20,000 nucleotides of DNA, taken from assembly GCA_041690595.1 (NCBI GenBank), contig JAWLHB010000047.1, positions 47,031-67,030 of the forward strand, given 5' to 3'. This DNA is from Lentisphaeria bacterium (GTDB taxonomy: Bacteria > Verrucomicrobiota > Lentisphaeria > JABSQK01 > JAWLHB01). Below, in pieces: positions 8,494 to 16,444 of the stretch (position 1 is the first letter of the stretch; each line of letters starts with the position of its first letter). The position numbers and the translations under genes are program-made. The notes under the pieces are model-generated. The model saw nothing but the letters and a program-made list of their open reading frames with translations. It had not been told where the DNA came from and searched no databases.

Positions 8494-10929
8494 TCAGCAG
8501 TGGGCAGCGCGGAGTGGATCGATAGTGTGCTCGTAGTCGACGACATGGAGGTCACCAACTGGATGAGAGTCGATGATCCGGCCTCCGAGATCGAGGCGGA
8601 CCGGGTCGCGGAAGGCGAGCTGTCCGGGGGTGCAGGGCGCGCCCGTCAAGAGATAGGCGTCGCGGGAGTCGCTGAGCGGGGTGAGTTCGCTGGTGGTCCA
8701 GGCGAGGCGGTTGCCGCCAAGATCAGCGTCCAGCAGGAGGACGCGAGCTTCGTGGGGCTGCAGGCAGATGTCGAAGGCATGCCCATCCGCCAAGCGAATG
8801 GTCGAGGGACCGCTGTCACCTCCGACATCGATGAGAGTGAGGAAGCTGACGGGGCCGCGGCGCAGGAGCGCATGGCGGAAGACGCCGTCAACCTGGCAGG
8901 CGGGTTGGAGCCCAAGGCATTGGACCAGAAGGTGATGCCAGAGACGAAGCGAGCCGTGACTCGTGTATTGCATGTTGAAGCCGGCGAGGAGGACGCGCGG
9001 ACTGAGCATGGCGGCGAGGGCGGAGTCACGGTAGGTGACAAGTGCTTCCGCGCCATTGGCGAACTCGTGCCCCCAGAGCCAATCGGGCAGACCGACATCG
9101 CCGACCGGAGTCTGCACAGAGCGGCTGCCGTAATCGAGGACGCGACCGCCGGCAGGGGCAATCTGCTGGATGAGGTGAACCCCAAGACGCTCCACCAGGC
9201 GGGTATCGGGGCGGCCATCGAGGGTACGGGCGGGAATGGTGGGAAAGAAGATGCAGTTGCCGTTCGCCTCGAGGTGTTCGAGGATCCAGGTAATGGCTTC
9301 CGCTTCCATCGCCCCCGTGTTGGGGACGATGAGGGTCCCCGTGCCGGCTGGCTGGTTGGGATGGCGAAGATCGCGGGCGTTCCAGCCGAAGTTGAGGCGC
9401 GAGCAGAGAAGCGCGGACTCGCGCGTGCGGTGCCAGATGCCCGCTTCCGCGGGGACCGCCTGGCGCGTGACATTCTCGACGCCATCGAGCCATTCGTGGC
9501 TGCCACCGCCGGTCTGCATGCTCAGGGCGGGCTCGGCATCGAAGGCAACCCCGCCGGGCCTGCCGGCCCCCAGAAAGTCTTGGTAGCGCTGTCCCGCTGA
9601 AAAGGCAATCGTGCACTCGGCCGCGCAGGGAGCGGCGGCCAGTTCCCGACGCCAGGCATGGGCAAAGCGGAAGAAACGTTCGACGCTCTCTCCGCCCGAG
9701 GTCAGCCGGCCACTGAGGTCGAGGCAACTGGGCTCGTAGTACTCGGGACCATCGATCGTGTCCTGCAAGGGCGAGATGGCCGCGGCATAGGGATAGACGA
9801 CGCCACCGGCCAGGCCGTGCCCCAGTCCGCCGCGAAGGAGCGGCGACCAGTTGAGGTTGGACCGGGCAAGACGGGGAATGTACCAGTTGACGTTCAGCTC
9901 GATGGATAGCGGAACCGCCCCCCACCCGCTTGCCTTGACCAGCTCCAGCCCCCAGGCGGTATTCTGCAGCCCCTCCAGATCCATGATCCGATCGGAATAG
10001 GTATGACAGGCCGTGGTCCCGACGATGCCGCGCTCCTGCATGACGGCCCCAAAGCCGGAATGGTCCCCATGGCCATAGAAGCCAGCCACCGGTTCGTTGA
10101 AGCAAATCGGCACCTCGATGCCATCCTCCTGAGCCCAGGCAACCATGGTGGCGCCCCAGTCCGCGAAGAACCAGCGCTTGAAGTCGAGCCAGTCGTGGCA
10201 GAGGAGGCGTTCACCGGTGGTGGTGGGGAATCGCCGCAGGGGTTGAACCGCCGCGATCTCCGGAAGCGCGGTGCCGTAGCGCTGGTTGAGCGCGTCGATA
10301 TCCCCATACCGCTGCTGCAGCCACGCGGGCCAGCGCTCGTGAAGCATCGCCGGATCATAAAGCGAATTGAGCAGGCCATAGGTCCACCCGGCGGAGAGTT
10401 CGTTGTCGGGCTGAAAGAGGATGACCGAGCCGTCGCGGGTACTCTGGAAACGCGCGATCAGCGGGACAACCTGGCGGAACCACCCCCGCACATAGTCGCG
10501 GAAAAGGGGCTCCCCTTCCGCCGGCGCAACGCGACCAGTGACCGGCTGCCCATCGGCGCGGCGACTGATCGTTTCGGGATGATCCCGGAAGAGCCATTCC
10601 GGGAAGCCCCCATAGCGCAGCTCGCTGTTGACGAAAGGACCCGGGCGGGCGATGACGTTCAGCCCCAGCTCGGCTGCCAGCTCGAGAAAGCCCTGCAAAT
10701 CGCGCTCGGGAAGCGTTTCGCCATGGAGGTCGACGCGTCCTTCCTCGGGCTCATGGAAGTACCATGGCATGTAGGAAGCCACGGTATTGACGCCGGCGTC
10801 GCGGGCAGCCGTCATCCGATCGCGCCAGGTATCGCGGGGGAGACGGTAGTAGTGAATTTCCGCGCCGCAGAGGAAGAGGGGCTCGTTGTCGAGGCGAATG
10901 TGTCCATCGGCGATCGTGACAGCTGCCAT
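8494..10929 (-). CDS. GH35-family beta-galactosidase-like glycoside hydrolase with GH42-like C-terminal domains
   Basis: GH35 motifs GAEIHYYRLP, AGVNTVASYMPWYFHEPEEG and IARPGPFVNSELRYGGFPEWL. Acid/base in FQPDNE and probable nucleophile in PLSIEL. Downstream class-I-GATase-like trimerisation segment TLIVPNTGAM...EHLEANGNCIF. No signal peptide. Confidence 0.88.
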   Translation of the reverse strand: MAAVTIADGHIRLDNEPLFLCGAEIHYYRLPRDTWRDRMTAARDAGVNTVASYMPWYFHEPEEGRVDLHGETLPERDLQGFLELAAELGLNVIARPGPFVNSELRYGGFPEWLFRDHPETISRRADGQPVTGRVAPAEGEPLFRDYVRGWFRQVVPLIARFQSTRDGSVILFQPDNELSAGWTYGLLNSLYDPAMLHERWPAWLQQRYGDIDALNQRYGTALPEIAAVQPLRRFPTTTGERLLCHDWLDFKRWFFADWGATMVAWAQEDGIEVPICFNEPVAGFYGHGDHSGFGAVMQERGIVGTTACHTYSDRIMDLEGLQNTAWGLELVKASGWGAVPLSIELNVNWYIPRLARSNLNWSPLLRGGLGHGLAGGVVYPYAAAISPLQDTIDGPEYYEPSCLDLSGRLTSGGESVERFFRFAHAWRRELAAAPCAAECTIAFSAGQRYQDFLGAGRPGGVAFDAEPALSMQTGGGSHEWLDGVENVTRQAVPAEAGIWHRTRESALLCSRLNFGWNARDLRHPNQPAGTGTLIVPNTGAMEAEAITWILEHLEANGNCIFFPTIPARTLDGRPDTRLVERLGVHLIQQIAPAGGRVLDYGSRSVQTPVGDVGLPDWLWGHEFANGAEALVTYRDSALAAMLSPRVLLAGFNMQYTSHGSLRLWHHLLVQCLGLQPACQVDGVFRHALLRRGPVSFLTLIDVGGDSGPSTIRLADGHAFDICLQPHEARVLLLDADLGGNRLAWTTSELTPLSDSRDAYLLTGAPCTPGQLAFRDPVRLDLGGRIIDSHPVGDLHVVDYEHTIDPLRAAHC

Positions 10930-10944
10930 GGCGAAAGGCCTTTC

Positions 10945-11643
10945 TTATAGCTTGTTGTTCTCGACCAGCCGCACCAGATCGCGCAGGCTGGAAATATGGA
11001 AATCGGCGCGTTCCAGCTCTTCCCGGGGCTGGTAGTCGGCGTACTTGCCCTGCAGAATACGGATACTGACCATCCCCACCCGGTTGGCGCCAAGCACGTC
11101 CCGCCGCGGGTCGTTGCCGACAAATGCCGCCCGCTCCGGCTCCACGCCCAGTTGCGCGCACGCCTTCAGGAAGATGGCCGGATCCGGCTTCTCGACGTTC
11201 ACTTCGCTGGAGATGATCACCGAGTGGAAAAAATGCTGCAGACCCAGGCGGATGAGCTTCTCCCATTGCTTCACCGCGACCCCATTGGTGATGATGCCCA
11301 GGGAGTAACCGCGGTCCCGCAGCTTGAGCAGCGAGGGCATCGTTTCCTCGAACGGCTTGAGATAGGCAAGCTTGACGCTGTGGTAGGCGACGACACCAGC
11401 GGCTACAAGGTGAGGGTTCGAAGCCAGCCCCAGCTCCTTGAGCATCTCGTCGTAATGCCGACCGAAGTTGGACCCGAACTGGCGGATGACCTTGCTCAGC
11501 GCCGCCTCCACGCGCTCCCGCTCCACCGAGAGGCCCGCATCGATCATCGCCTCCACCGCATGCCGCCGCGCATAGGTCGACTGCCGCGTGCTGTTGTAGA
11601 GCGTGTCGTCGATGTCGAAGAAAAGACTGGTCACCGGCGCCAT
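10945..11643 (-). CDS. HAD-superfamily subfamily IA phosphatase, TIGR02253 (MJ1437/PH1655-like) type; likely start ATG 11643 (232 aa)
   Basis: Motif I FFDIDDTLY, motif II GIITNG, VKQWEKLIRLGL, motif III EKPDPAIF, motif IV FVGNDPRRDVLGANRVGM. The cap sequence ARRHAVEAMIDAGL...FGSNFGRHYD...AAGVVAYH is typical of this family. The ORF-track extension to 12090 is antisense to the next gene. Confidence 0.88.
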   Translation of the reverse strand: MAPVTSLFFDIDDTLYNSTRQSTYARRHAVEAMIDAGLSVERERVEAALSKVIRQFGSNFGRHYDEMLKELGLASNPHLVAAGVVAYHSVKLAYLKPFEETMPSLLKLRDRGYSLGIITNGVAVKQWEKLIRLGLQHFFHSVIISSEVNVEKPDPAIFLKACAQLGVEPERAAFVGNDPRRDVLGANRVGMVSIRILQGKYADYQPREELERADFHISSLRDLVRLVENNKL

Positions 11644-11683
11644 GATATTCCTGCCGCGGCCGCGGATGTTCACGTGAAAGGGG

Positions 11684-11711
11684 TTGACGAAGCTGGCCCT
11701 CAATATACCTT
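11684..11711 (+). promoter_or_regulatory. Possible sigma70 promoter for the epimerase-queC-radical SAM unit
   Basis: TTGACG (11684-11689), 16-bp spacer, TACCTT (11706-11711) in the divergent intergenic region. AAAGGA RBS precedes ATG 11774. Confidence 0.35.
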
Positions 11712-11773
11712 TGTAACAGTCACACACACTAGCAAGCCGCGGAAATCGGCGAAACAAACCCAAAGGATCTCGA

Positions 11774-12628
11774 ATGGCCTTCAAGTATACCGGCTTCGCG
11801 GACGAAGCCAGCAAGACGTTGACGAAGCAGATTGAAGCAACAAAGGAAGCAGGCTGGTCCTCCATCGAACTGCGCCTGGTCGACGGCAAGAATGTCTGCG
11901 ATCTGAATGACGAGGAATGGGCCAGGGTTTGGCAGAAGCTGCAAGACGCGGGCATCACCGTCGCCGGCTTCGGTGGCCAGATCGCCAATTGGGCGCGCCC
12001 CATTACCAACGATTTCCAGACCGACCTCGCCGAACTCAAGCGGGCCATCCCCCACATGAAGCAGGCAGGCACCAACCTCATCCGCATCATGTCCTACCCG
12101 AACCCCACGGACAATCCCTGGAACCGTGACGAATGGCGGGACGAGGTCGTGCGCCGCCTGCGCCTCTTGACCCCCATCGCCGAAGAAAACGGCATCATCC
12201 TCGGCCACGAGAACTGCAGCGGCTACGGCGGCCTCGGCCCCAAGGAGTATCTGGAACTGGTCGAGATGGTCGACAGCCCTTCCCTCAAGCTCATCTTCGA
12301 TACCGGCAACAACAGCCAGCATGATCAGGACATCGAAGCTACCTGGCGCTACTACCAGGCATGCAGGGACCAGATCGTGCACGTGCACATCAAGTCCTAC
12401 AAGCCCGGCCCAGATGGCAAAATGGCCACCTGTTTCCCGGACGAGGATCCAGTCCAGAAGCGCATCCTGGCCGACCTCAAGGCAACTGGCTACGACGGTT
12501 GGCTCTCCATCGAACCCCACCTCGCCGCAGCCATCCATGCCGGCAAGGATGTCGCCGACGAAGACAAGGCCAAGTCCGTCTACATCGAGTACACGAAACG
12601 ACTGGAGAGGCTGATTGCCACACTCTGA
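11774..12628 (+). CDS. Sugar phosphate isomerase/epimerase (AP_endonuc_2 / xylose-isomerase-like TIM barrel)
   Basis: TGFADEA, IELR and IRIMSY, plus metal-ligand motifs LGHENC, LIFDTGN, IVHVHIKS and GYDGWLSIEPHL. Confidence 0.88.
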   Translation: MAFKYTGFADEASKTLTKQIEATKEAGWSSIELRLVDGKNVCDLNDEEWARVWQKLQDAGITVAGFGGQIANWARPITNDFQTDLAELKRAIPHMKQAGTNLIRIMSYPNPTDNPWNRDEWRDEVVRRLRLLTPIAEENGIILGHENCSGYGGLGPKEYLELVEMVDSPSLKLIFDTGNNSQHDQDIEATWRYYQACRDQIVHVHIKSYKPGPDGKMATCFPDEDPVQKRILADLKATGYDGWLSIEPHLAAAIHAGKDVADEDKAKSVYIEYTKRLERLIATL

Positions 12629-13334
12629 GCACCCTGACTCCGGCGGAAGCGGCAAAGCGACGGTGCTGGTCAGCGGCGGGATGGACTCCACCACCCTGCT
12701 CCATCATGTGGCCCGGCACCGTGGCTTTGCCGAGATCTTTGCCCTCTCCTTCGAGTATGGGCAAAAGCATGCGCGGGAACTGCGGATGGCCGAGTGGCAG
12801 TGCGCCCAGGTGCCCGGGGTCGTCGCCTGGAAGTCGATCGACATTGGCTTTTACGGCCGCCTTGTCGAGCATGCGACCGCCCTCACGGGGAATGAAGTGG
12901 CGGTACCCGATCTGGCGGCAATCCCCACCGAAGAGCTGGATCAGCCGATCACCTATGTACCCAATCGCAACATGATCATGCTCTCCATTGCCGCCGGCTA
13001 TGCCGAAAGCACCGGATGCAGCCACCTCTTCTATGGCGCGCAGGCGCAGGACGAGTACGGCTACTGGGATTGCAGCGAGGAGTTCGTGCGCCGGCTCAAC
13101 CAGCTGCTGGCCCTCAACCGGCGCTGCCCCGTGCATGTTGAAGCACCCTTTGCGGGCATGCGCAAGGCAGAGGAGCTGCGGCTGGGGCTGGAACTGGGCA
13201 TCGACTACGCGCATACCTGGACCTGCTATCGCGGCGGCGACCTTGCCTGCGGGAGCTGTCCAAGCTGCGAAGAGCGGCTCAAGGCTTTTGCGGAAGTCGG
13301 GATCGAAGACCCCCTACCCTATCGCCAACGATGA
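12615..13334 (+). CDS. queC: 7-cyano-7-deazaguanine (preQ0) synthase
   Basis: PP-loop VLVSGGMDSTT, FEYGQKH, TYVPNRNMIMLSIAAGYAE, GYWDC and Zn site TWTCY...CGSCPSC. TTG start has a GGAGAGG RBS and overlaps the previous gene by 14 bp. Confidence 0.93.
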   Translation: MPHSEHPDSGGSGKATVLVSGGMDSTTLLHHVARHRGFAEIFALSFEYGQKHARELRMAEWQCAQVPGVVAWKSIDIGFYGRLVEHATALTGNEVAVPDLAAIPTEELDQPITYVPNRNMIMLSIAAGYAESTGCSHLFYGAQAQDEYGYWDCSEEFVRRLNQLLALNRRCPVHVEAPFAGMRKAEELRLGLELGIDYAHTWTCYRGGDLACGSCPSCEERLKAFAEVGIEDPLPYRQR

Positions 13335-14992
13335 GAGTTGTCTGGCTGGCGGTCAACGCCTCCTACGCCCACAGCTCCCTCGCCGCGCCCCTCCTTCATG
13401 CCGCGGCACAAGGGCGGGTCCAGAGCGAGTGGCACCTGGTCCAGGTGACCATGGGCGACGATCCGGCACTGGCAGCCGCACAGGTGGCGAAACTCGCCCC
13501 CGATATCTGCGCCGCGACCCTCTACCTCTTCACCCGCGAGGCGGCGCTGGCCATGCTCGCGCGGGTGAAAGCTCTCTGCCCCGACTGCTGCATCATTGTC
13601 GGCGGCCCGGAGCTGGCCGGCGAGTGCGAGCTACTGCTGCGAAGCAACCCCTGGATCGACATCGGCGTGCGCGGTGAAGGCGAGCGGATCTTTCCAGACT
13701 GGCTGGATCGCTGGCAAAGCCCGGAGCGTTGGGCCGACCTGCCCGGCCTCTGCTGGATAGACGACAATGGCGCCTGGCATGACAATGGCGTCGCGATTCC
13801 CGTCGATCCACTGGAGCAGTTGCCTTCGCCGCTGACCAGTCCTTTTCACGACAGCGGCCGGGCCTTCGTCCAGATGGAGACTTCGCGCGGCTGCATTCAT
13901 CACTGTTCCTTCTGCGCGAACGGTGGCGGCGGAGCCATGCGCCTGCTCCCCTTGAGCCGAATTCAAACGGAGTTGGAGGAGCTGGCGCGACGAGGCGTCC
14001 GCGAGGTCCGCCTGCTCGATCGCACCTTCAACGCGCATCCCTCGCGTTGCGTCGACCTGCTCCGGCTCTTCCGCCGCTTTCCCAGCATGCGCTTTCACCT
14101 GGAGTTTCACCCCGCGCTCTTGCCACCAGCCGTGCGCGACGAGCTGGCGGCCATGCCCTCGGGCCAGCTTCATTTCGACGTGGGGCTGCAATCGACCTCA
14201 CCGGAAGTGCTGACTGCCTGCAGTCGCGGCGGATCCCCGGAGCGTGCCTGGGAAGGGCTGCGCTGGCTCGTGGCGCAGCGCAATCTCGCCATCCATGTGG
14301 ACCTCATCGCCGGCCTCCCCGAGCTCACGCTCCCTTACCTTGAGGCGGATGTGCGGCGTCTTGTCGAGCTGGGCCCGGAAGAGATTCAACTGGAGAGCCT
14401 GAAGCTGCTGCCCGGCACACGCTTGCGTACCGAGGCAAAGCAGTATGGGCTGATCTATTCCCCCCTGCCCCCGTATGAAGTGCTGTCTACGCGCCGCATG
14501 TCGATGGCCGATCTGCGGGCCGCGGCCCTTCTCTCCACCATGATCGACCGCTTCTACAATACGCCCGTCATCCAGCCCGTGCTGCGCGCGGCGCAGCAGG
14601 AAATGGAGGAGCTGTTACCCTCTCTGCGACACTGGCTTACGCAGCAACAAGGGCTGGAATTGCCATGCAGCCTTGAAAAGCGCATGCTGCTGCTGTACAC
14701 ATACTTGGAAGCTCACCGCCTTCCGGCACGCGAGATGCTATGTAGGCAGTGGATGTGGCATGGCCTCCCTCCCGGCCGATGTCCGGTCGAGGTGCGTACA
14801 TGGAAGGGGGCATTACCAACGGGTGGTGAGTGGCTGATCGGTTCGCAAGCCGATGCGGCATCGGGGAGCGCACGGGTGCGCAGGCTGCGCCTGCATGACG
14901 TAGACCTGTTTTACATTTTCGACCTCGGGCGGGAGCCCCAGAAATCGGTTGCTCTCTATCATATGTCGCGTACCGAGGTGGCACAACCATGA
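13331..14992 (+). CDS. B12-binding domain radical SAM protein (DUF4080-type)
   Basis: N-terminal cobalamin-binding-like NASYAHSSLA...IIVGGPE...RGEGE, ETSRGCIHHCSFC (CxxxCxxC), LDRTFN, GLQST, HVDLIAGLP, LKLLPGT and PPYEVLST. ATGA overlap with the queC stop. Confidence 0.9.
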   Translation: MRVVWLAVNASYAHSSLAAPLLHAAAQGRVQSEWHLVQVTMGDDPALAAAQVAKLAPDICAATLYLFTREAALAMLARVKALCPDCCIIVGGPELAGECELLLRSNPWIDIGVRGEGERIFPDWLDRWQSPERWADLPGLCWIDDNGAWHDNGVAIPVDPLEQLPSPLTSPFHDSGRAFVQMETSRGCIHHCSFCANGGGGAMRLLPLSRIQTELEELARRGVREVRLLDRTFNAHPSRCVDLLRLFRRFPSMRFHLEFHPALLPPAVRDELAAMPSGQLHFDVGLQSTSPEVLTACSRGGSPERAWEGLRWLVAQRNLAIHVDLIAGLPELTLPYLEADVRRLVELGPEEIQLESLKLLPGTRLRTEAKQYGLIYSPLPPYEVLSTRRMSMADLRAAALLSTMIDRFYNTPVIQPVLRAAQQEMEELLPSLRHWLTQQQGLELPCSLEKRMLLLYTYLEAHRLPAREMLCRQWMWHGLPPGRCPVEVRTWKGALPTGGEWLIGSQADAASGSARVRRLRLHDVDLFYIFDLGREPQKSVALYHMSRTEVAQP

Positions 14993-15008
14993 GCCGGCGG
15001 CTACATTA

Positions 15009-15022
15009 TGAAAACGTTTTGA
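15009..15022. promoter_or_regulatory. Palindromic putative operator upstream of the ubiquitin-like cassette
   Basis: TGAAAACGTTTTGA has a perfect 10-bp core AAAACGTTTT (15011-15020). It lies in an AT-rich 46-bp intergenic gap, between a -10-like TACATT (15002-15007) and the RBS AAGGGTGG. Confidence 0.35.
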
Positions 15023-15038
15023 ATAAGGGTGGTCATGG

Positions 15039-15317
15039 ATGAGCGATAGCGGTCATGTCACGGTAGAAATATGGGATGCCGGGGGAGTCGCGATGACCAC
15101 CGCCACGTTGCCGACAGATGTCAAGGTCGGCGAGCTGATCTCCGTGCTGGTGGCACGACTCAATATGCCCAAGACCGGAGCCGATGGTCAGATTATCAGC
15201 TATAAACTCAATCACCAGAACAAGACACGACAGCTGCTCTCTGGCGAGACGCTGGCACAGGCCGGCGTTCCGGATGGCAGCATCCTCCGCCTGCTGAGAG
15301 AAATCATGGCCGGATGA
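15039..15317 (+). CDS. Ubiquitin-like beta-grasp protein (EsaB/YukD family) ending in Ala-Gly
   Basis: 92 aa with beta-beta-alpha pattern VTVEIWD...TATLPTDVKVGELISVLVARLNM. The C-terminal half SYKL...RQLLSGETLAQAGVPDGSILRLLREIMAG parallels ubiquitin's [29 protein letters not shown]. RBS present. Confidence 0.85.
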   Translation: MSDSGHVTVEIWDAGGVAMTTATLPTDVKVGELISVLVARLNMPKTGADGQIISYKLNHQNKTRQLLSGETLAQAGVPDGSILRLLREIMAG

Positions 15318-15379
15318 AGCACGAGCTCTGCAATAAGTAGCTGTACGACGAGACGACGTTTACAGAAAAGGTTTACCAA

Positions 15380-16441
15380 GTGCCCGAAGAATTGATCATC
15401 GATTCGAATGATCTCGCATCCCCAGAGATCAAAGAGAGCGTAGCACAGGATCGATCGCTGGAAGATATGGCGCGGGCTTCCCGCTCCATTATCCGTACCC
15501 CACTCCTCCGCAGCCCATACTTCTATTACACCTTTGCCGGCCTTGTCGGCTCCGTCCTCGCATGGTCCGCCGTCTACCTCCTGCTTCTGCCCCTGCCGCT
15601 GGATTTGCCGCCCCAACTGGAGAGGGCACTCAGCTATATCTGCAGCGCCGGGTTAATTGGCATGACCATGGGCATGTCCCATGGGCTGATCTATCGCAAT
15701 CTGCGTACAGCGGTGCATTGCGGCGCGGTCGGGCTCCTGGTGGCCGCCCTGCCGGCCTTCTTCATGGGGGGGATCGGCGAACTCTTTGCCACTCTGGTTG
15801 TCGACCTGCCAAATTACCTGCTGCAGCGAGGCAAATGGACAACGGATCGCGGCATCTTTCTCTTTCTGATCATGGCGTCCGATGGCTTCACATGGGCGCT
15901 GATCGGTTTGCCCATGCTCATGGGAACAGGCATAGCGCTCCGTTCGAAGCCGTTGCTCTATTCAGCCGCTGCGTCGGGCATGCTTGGCGGCTTCATCGGC
16001 GGGGCAGCACGAGCACCGATCTTACGCTTTCTGCCGGAACTGATAGGCGGCAGCGAGGTGATCGCCGGCCTGATCTGGTTCAGCCTCATCGGCATCCTGG
16101 TAGGACTCCTCTATGCGATGATGGAGCATGGAGTCCGGGAAGCTTGGTTCATCCTGGCGAAGGGGCCGTTGCGCGGCAAGCGATTCGTCTTCTTCAAGAC
16201 TCCCATTTCCGTCGGGTCAAGCTCCCGGTGCGACCTCTACCTCGCCGGCGATGCCGCCATTGCACCCGTTCACGCCAACCTCAGCCAGGAAGGAATCTTC
16301 TGGTTGCTGCGAGACGAGGGTGCCCCCAACGGCACCTTTGTCAACGGCCATCGCATTCAACAATGCCTCCTCAACCACAATGATGTGGTGACCATGGGCG
16401 AGACGGTACTCAAGTTCAAACTGAACAAGCGGACGGGCTAG
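15380..16441 (+). CDS. Polytopic (about 6 TM) Gly-rich membrane protein with C-terminal FHA domain
   Basis: Several Gly-rich hydrophobic helices across aa ~48-248, then an FHA fold: AWFILAKGPLRGKRF...ISVGSSSRCDLYL...IAPVHA...LRDEGAPNGTFVNG...LNHNDVVTMGETVLKF. GTG start with AAAGG upstream. Confidence 0.85.
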   Translation: MPEELIIDSNDLASPEIKESVAQDRSLEDMARASRSIIRTPLLRSPYFYYTFAGLVGSVLAWSAVYLLLLPLPLDLPPQLERALSYICSAGLIGMTMGMSHGLIYRNLRTAVHCGAVGLLVAALPAFFMGGIGELFATLVVDLPNYLLQRGKWTTDRGIFLFLIMASDGFTWALIGLPMLMGTGIALRSKPLLYSAAASGMLGGFIGGAARAPILRFLPELIGGSEVIAGLIWFSLIGILVGLLYAMMEHGVREAWFILAKGPLRGKRFVFFKTPISVGSSSRCDLYLAGDAAIAPVHANLSQEGIFWLLRDEGAPNGTFVNGHRIQQCLLNHNDVVTMGETVLKFKLNKRTG

Positions 16442-16444
16442 CCC

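Noticed and set aside
8494..10929. Archaeal GlmA-type exo-beta-glucosaminidase
   Set aside because: As I recall, GlmA has Asp immediately before the acid/base Glu. Here it is Asn (DNE), as in ordinary GH35 enzymes. The substrate is left unassigned.
8290..10950. 436-aa and 315-aa plus-strand ORFs (and alternative-frame minus ORFs)
   Set aside because: Shadows of the GH35 gene, which carries all the family motifs.
11644..12090. N-terminal extension of the HAD ORF to 381 aa
   Set aside because: It overlaps the epimerase gene on the opposite strand. HAD motif I begins right after ATG 11643.
12615..13334. QueC as part of a Qat, Dpd or type IV CBASS defence system
   Set aside because: Canonical length and motifs, with no QatA/B/D, DpdA/TGT or CD-NTase gene in the window.
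15039..16441. Type VII secretion interpretation (YukD + FHA, EssC-like)
   Set aside because: No FtsK/EssC ATPase or WXG100 gene is present. The neighbours are E2 and RING, and the Ubl has a C-terminal Gly tail.
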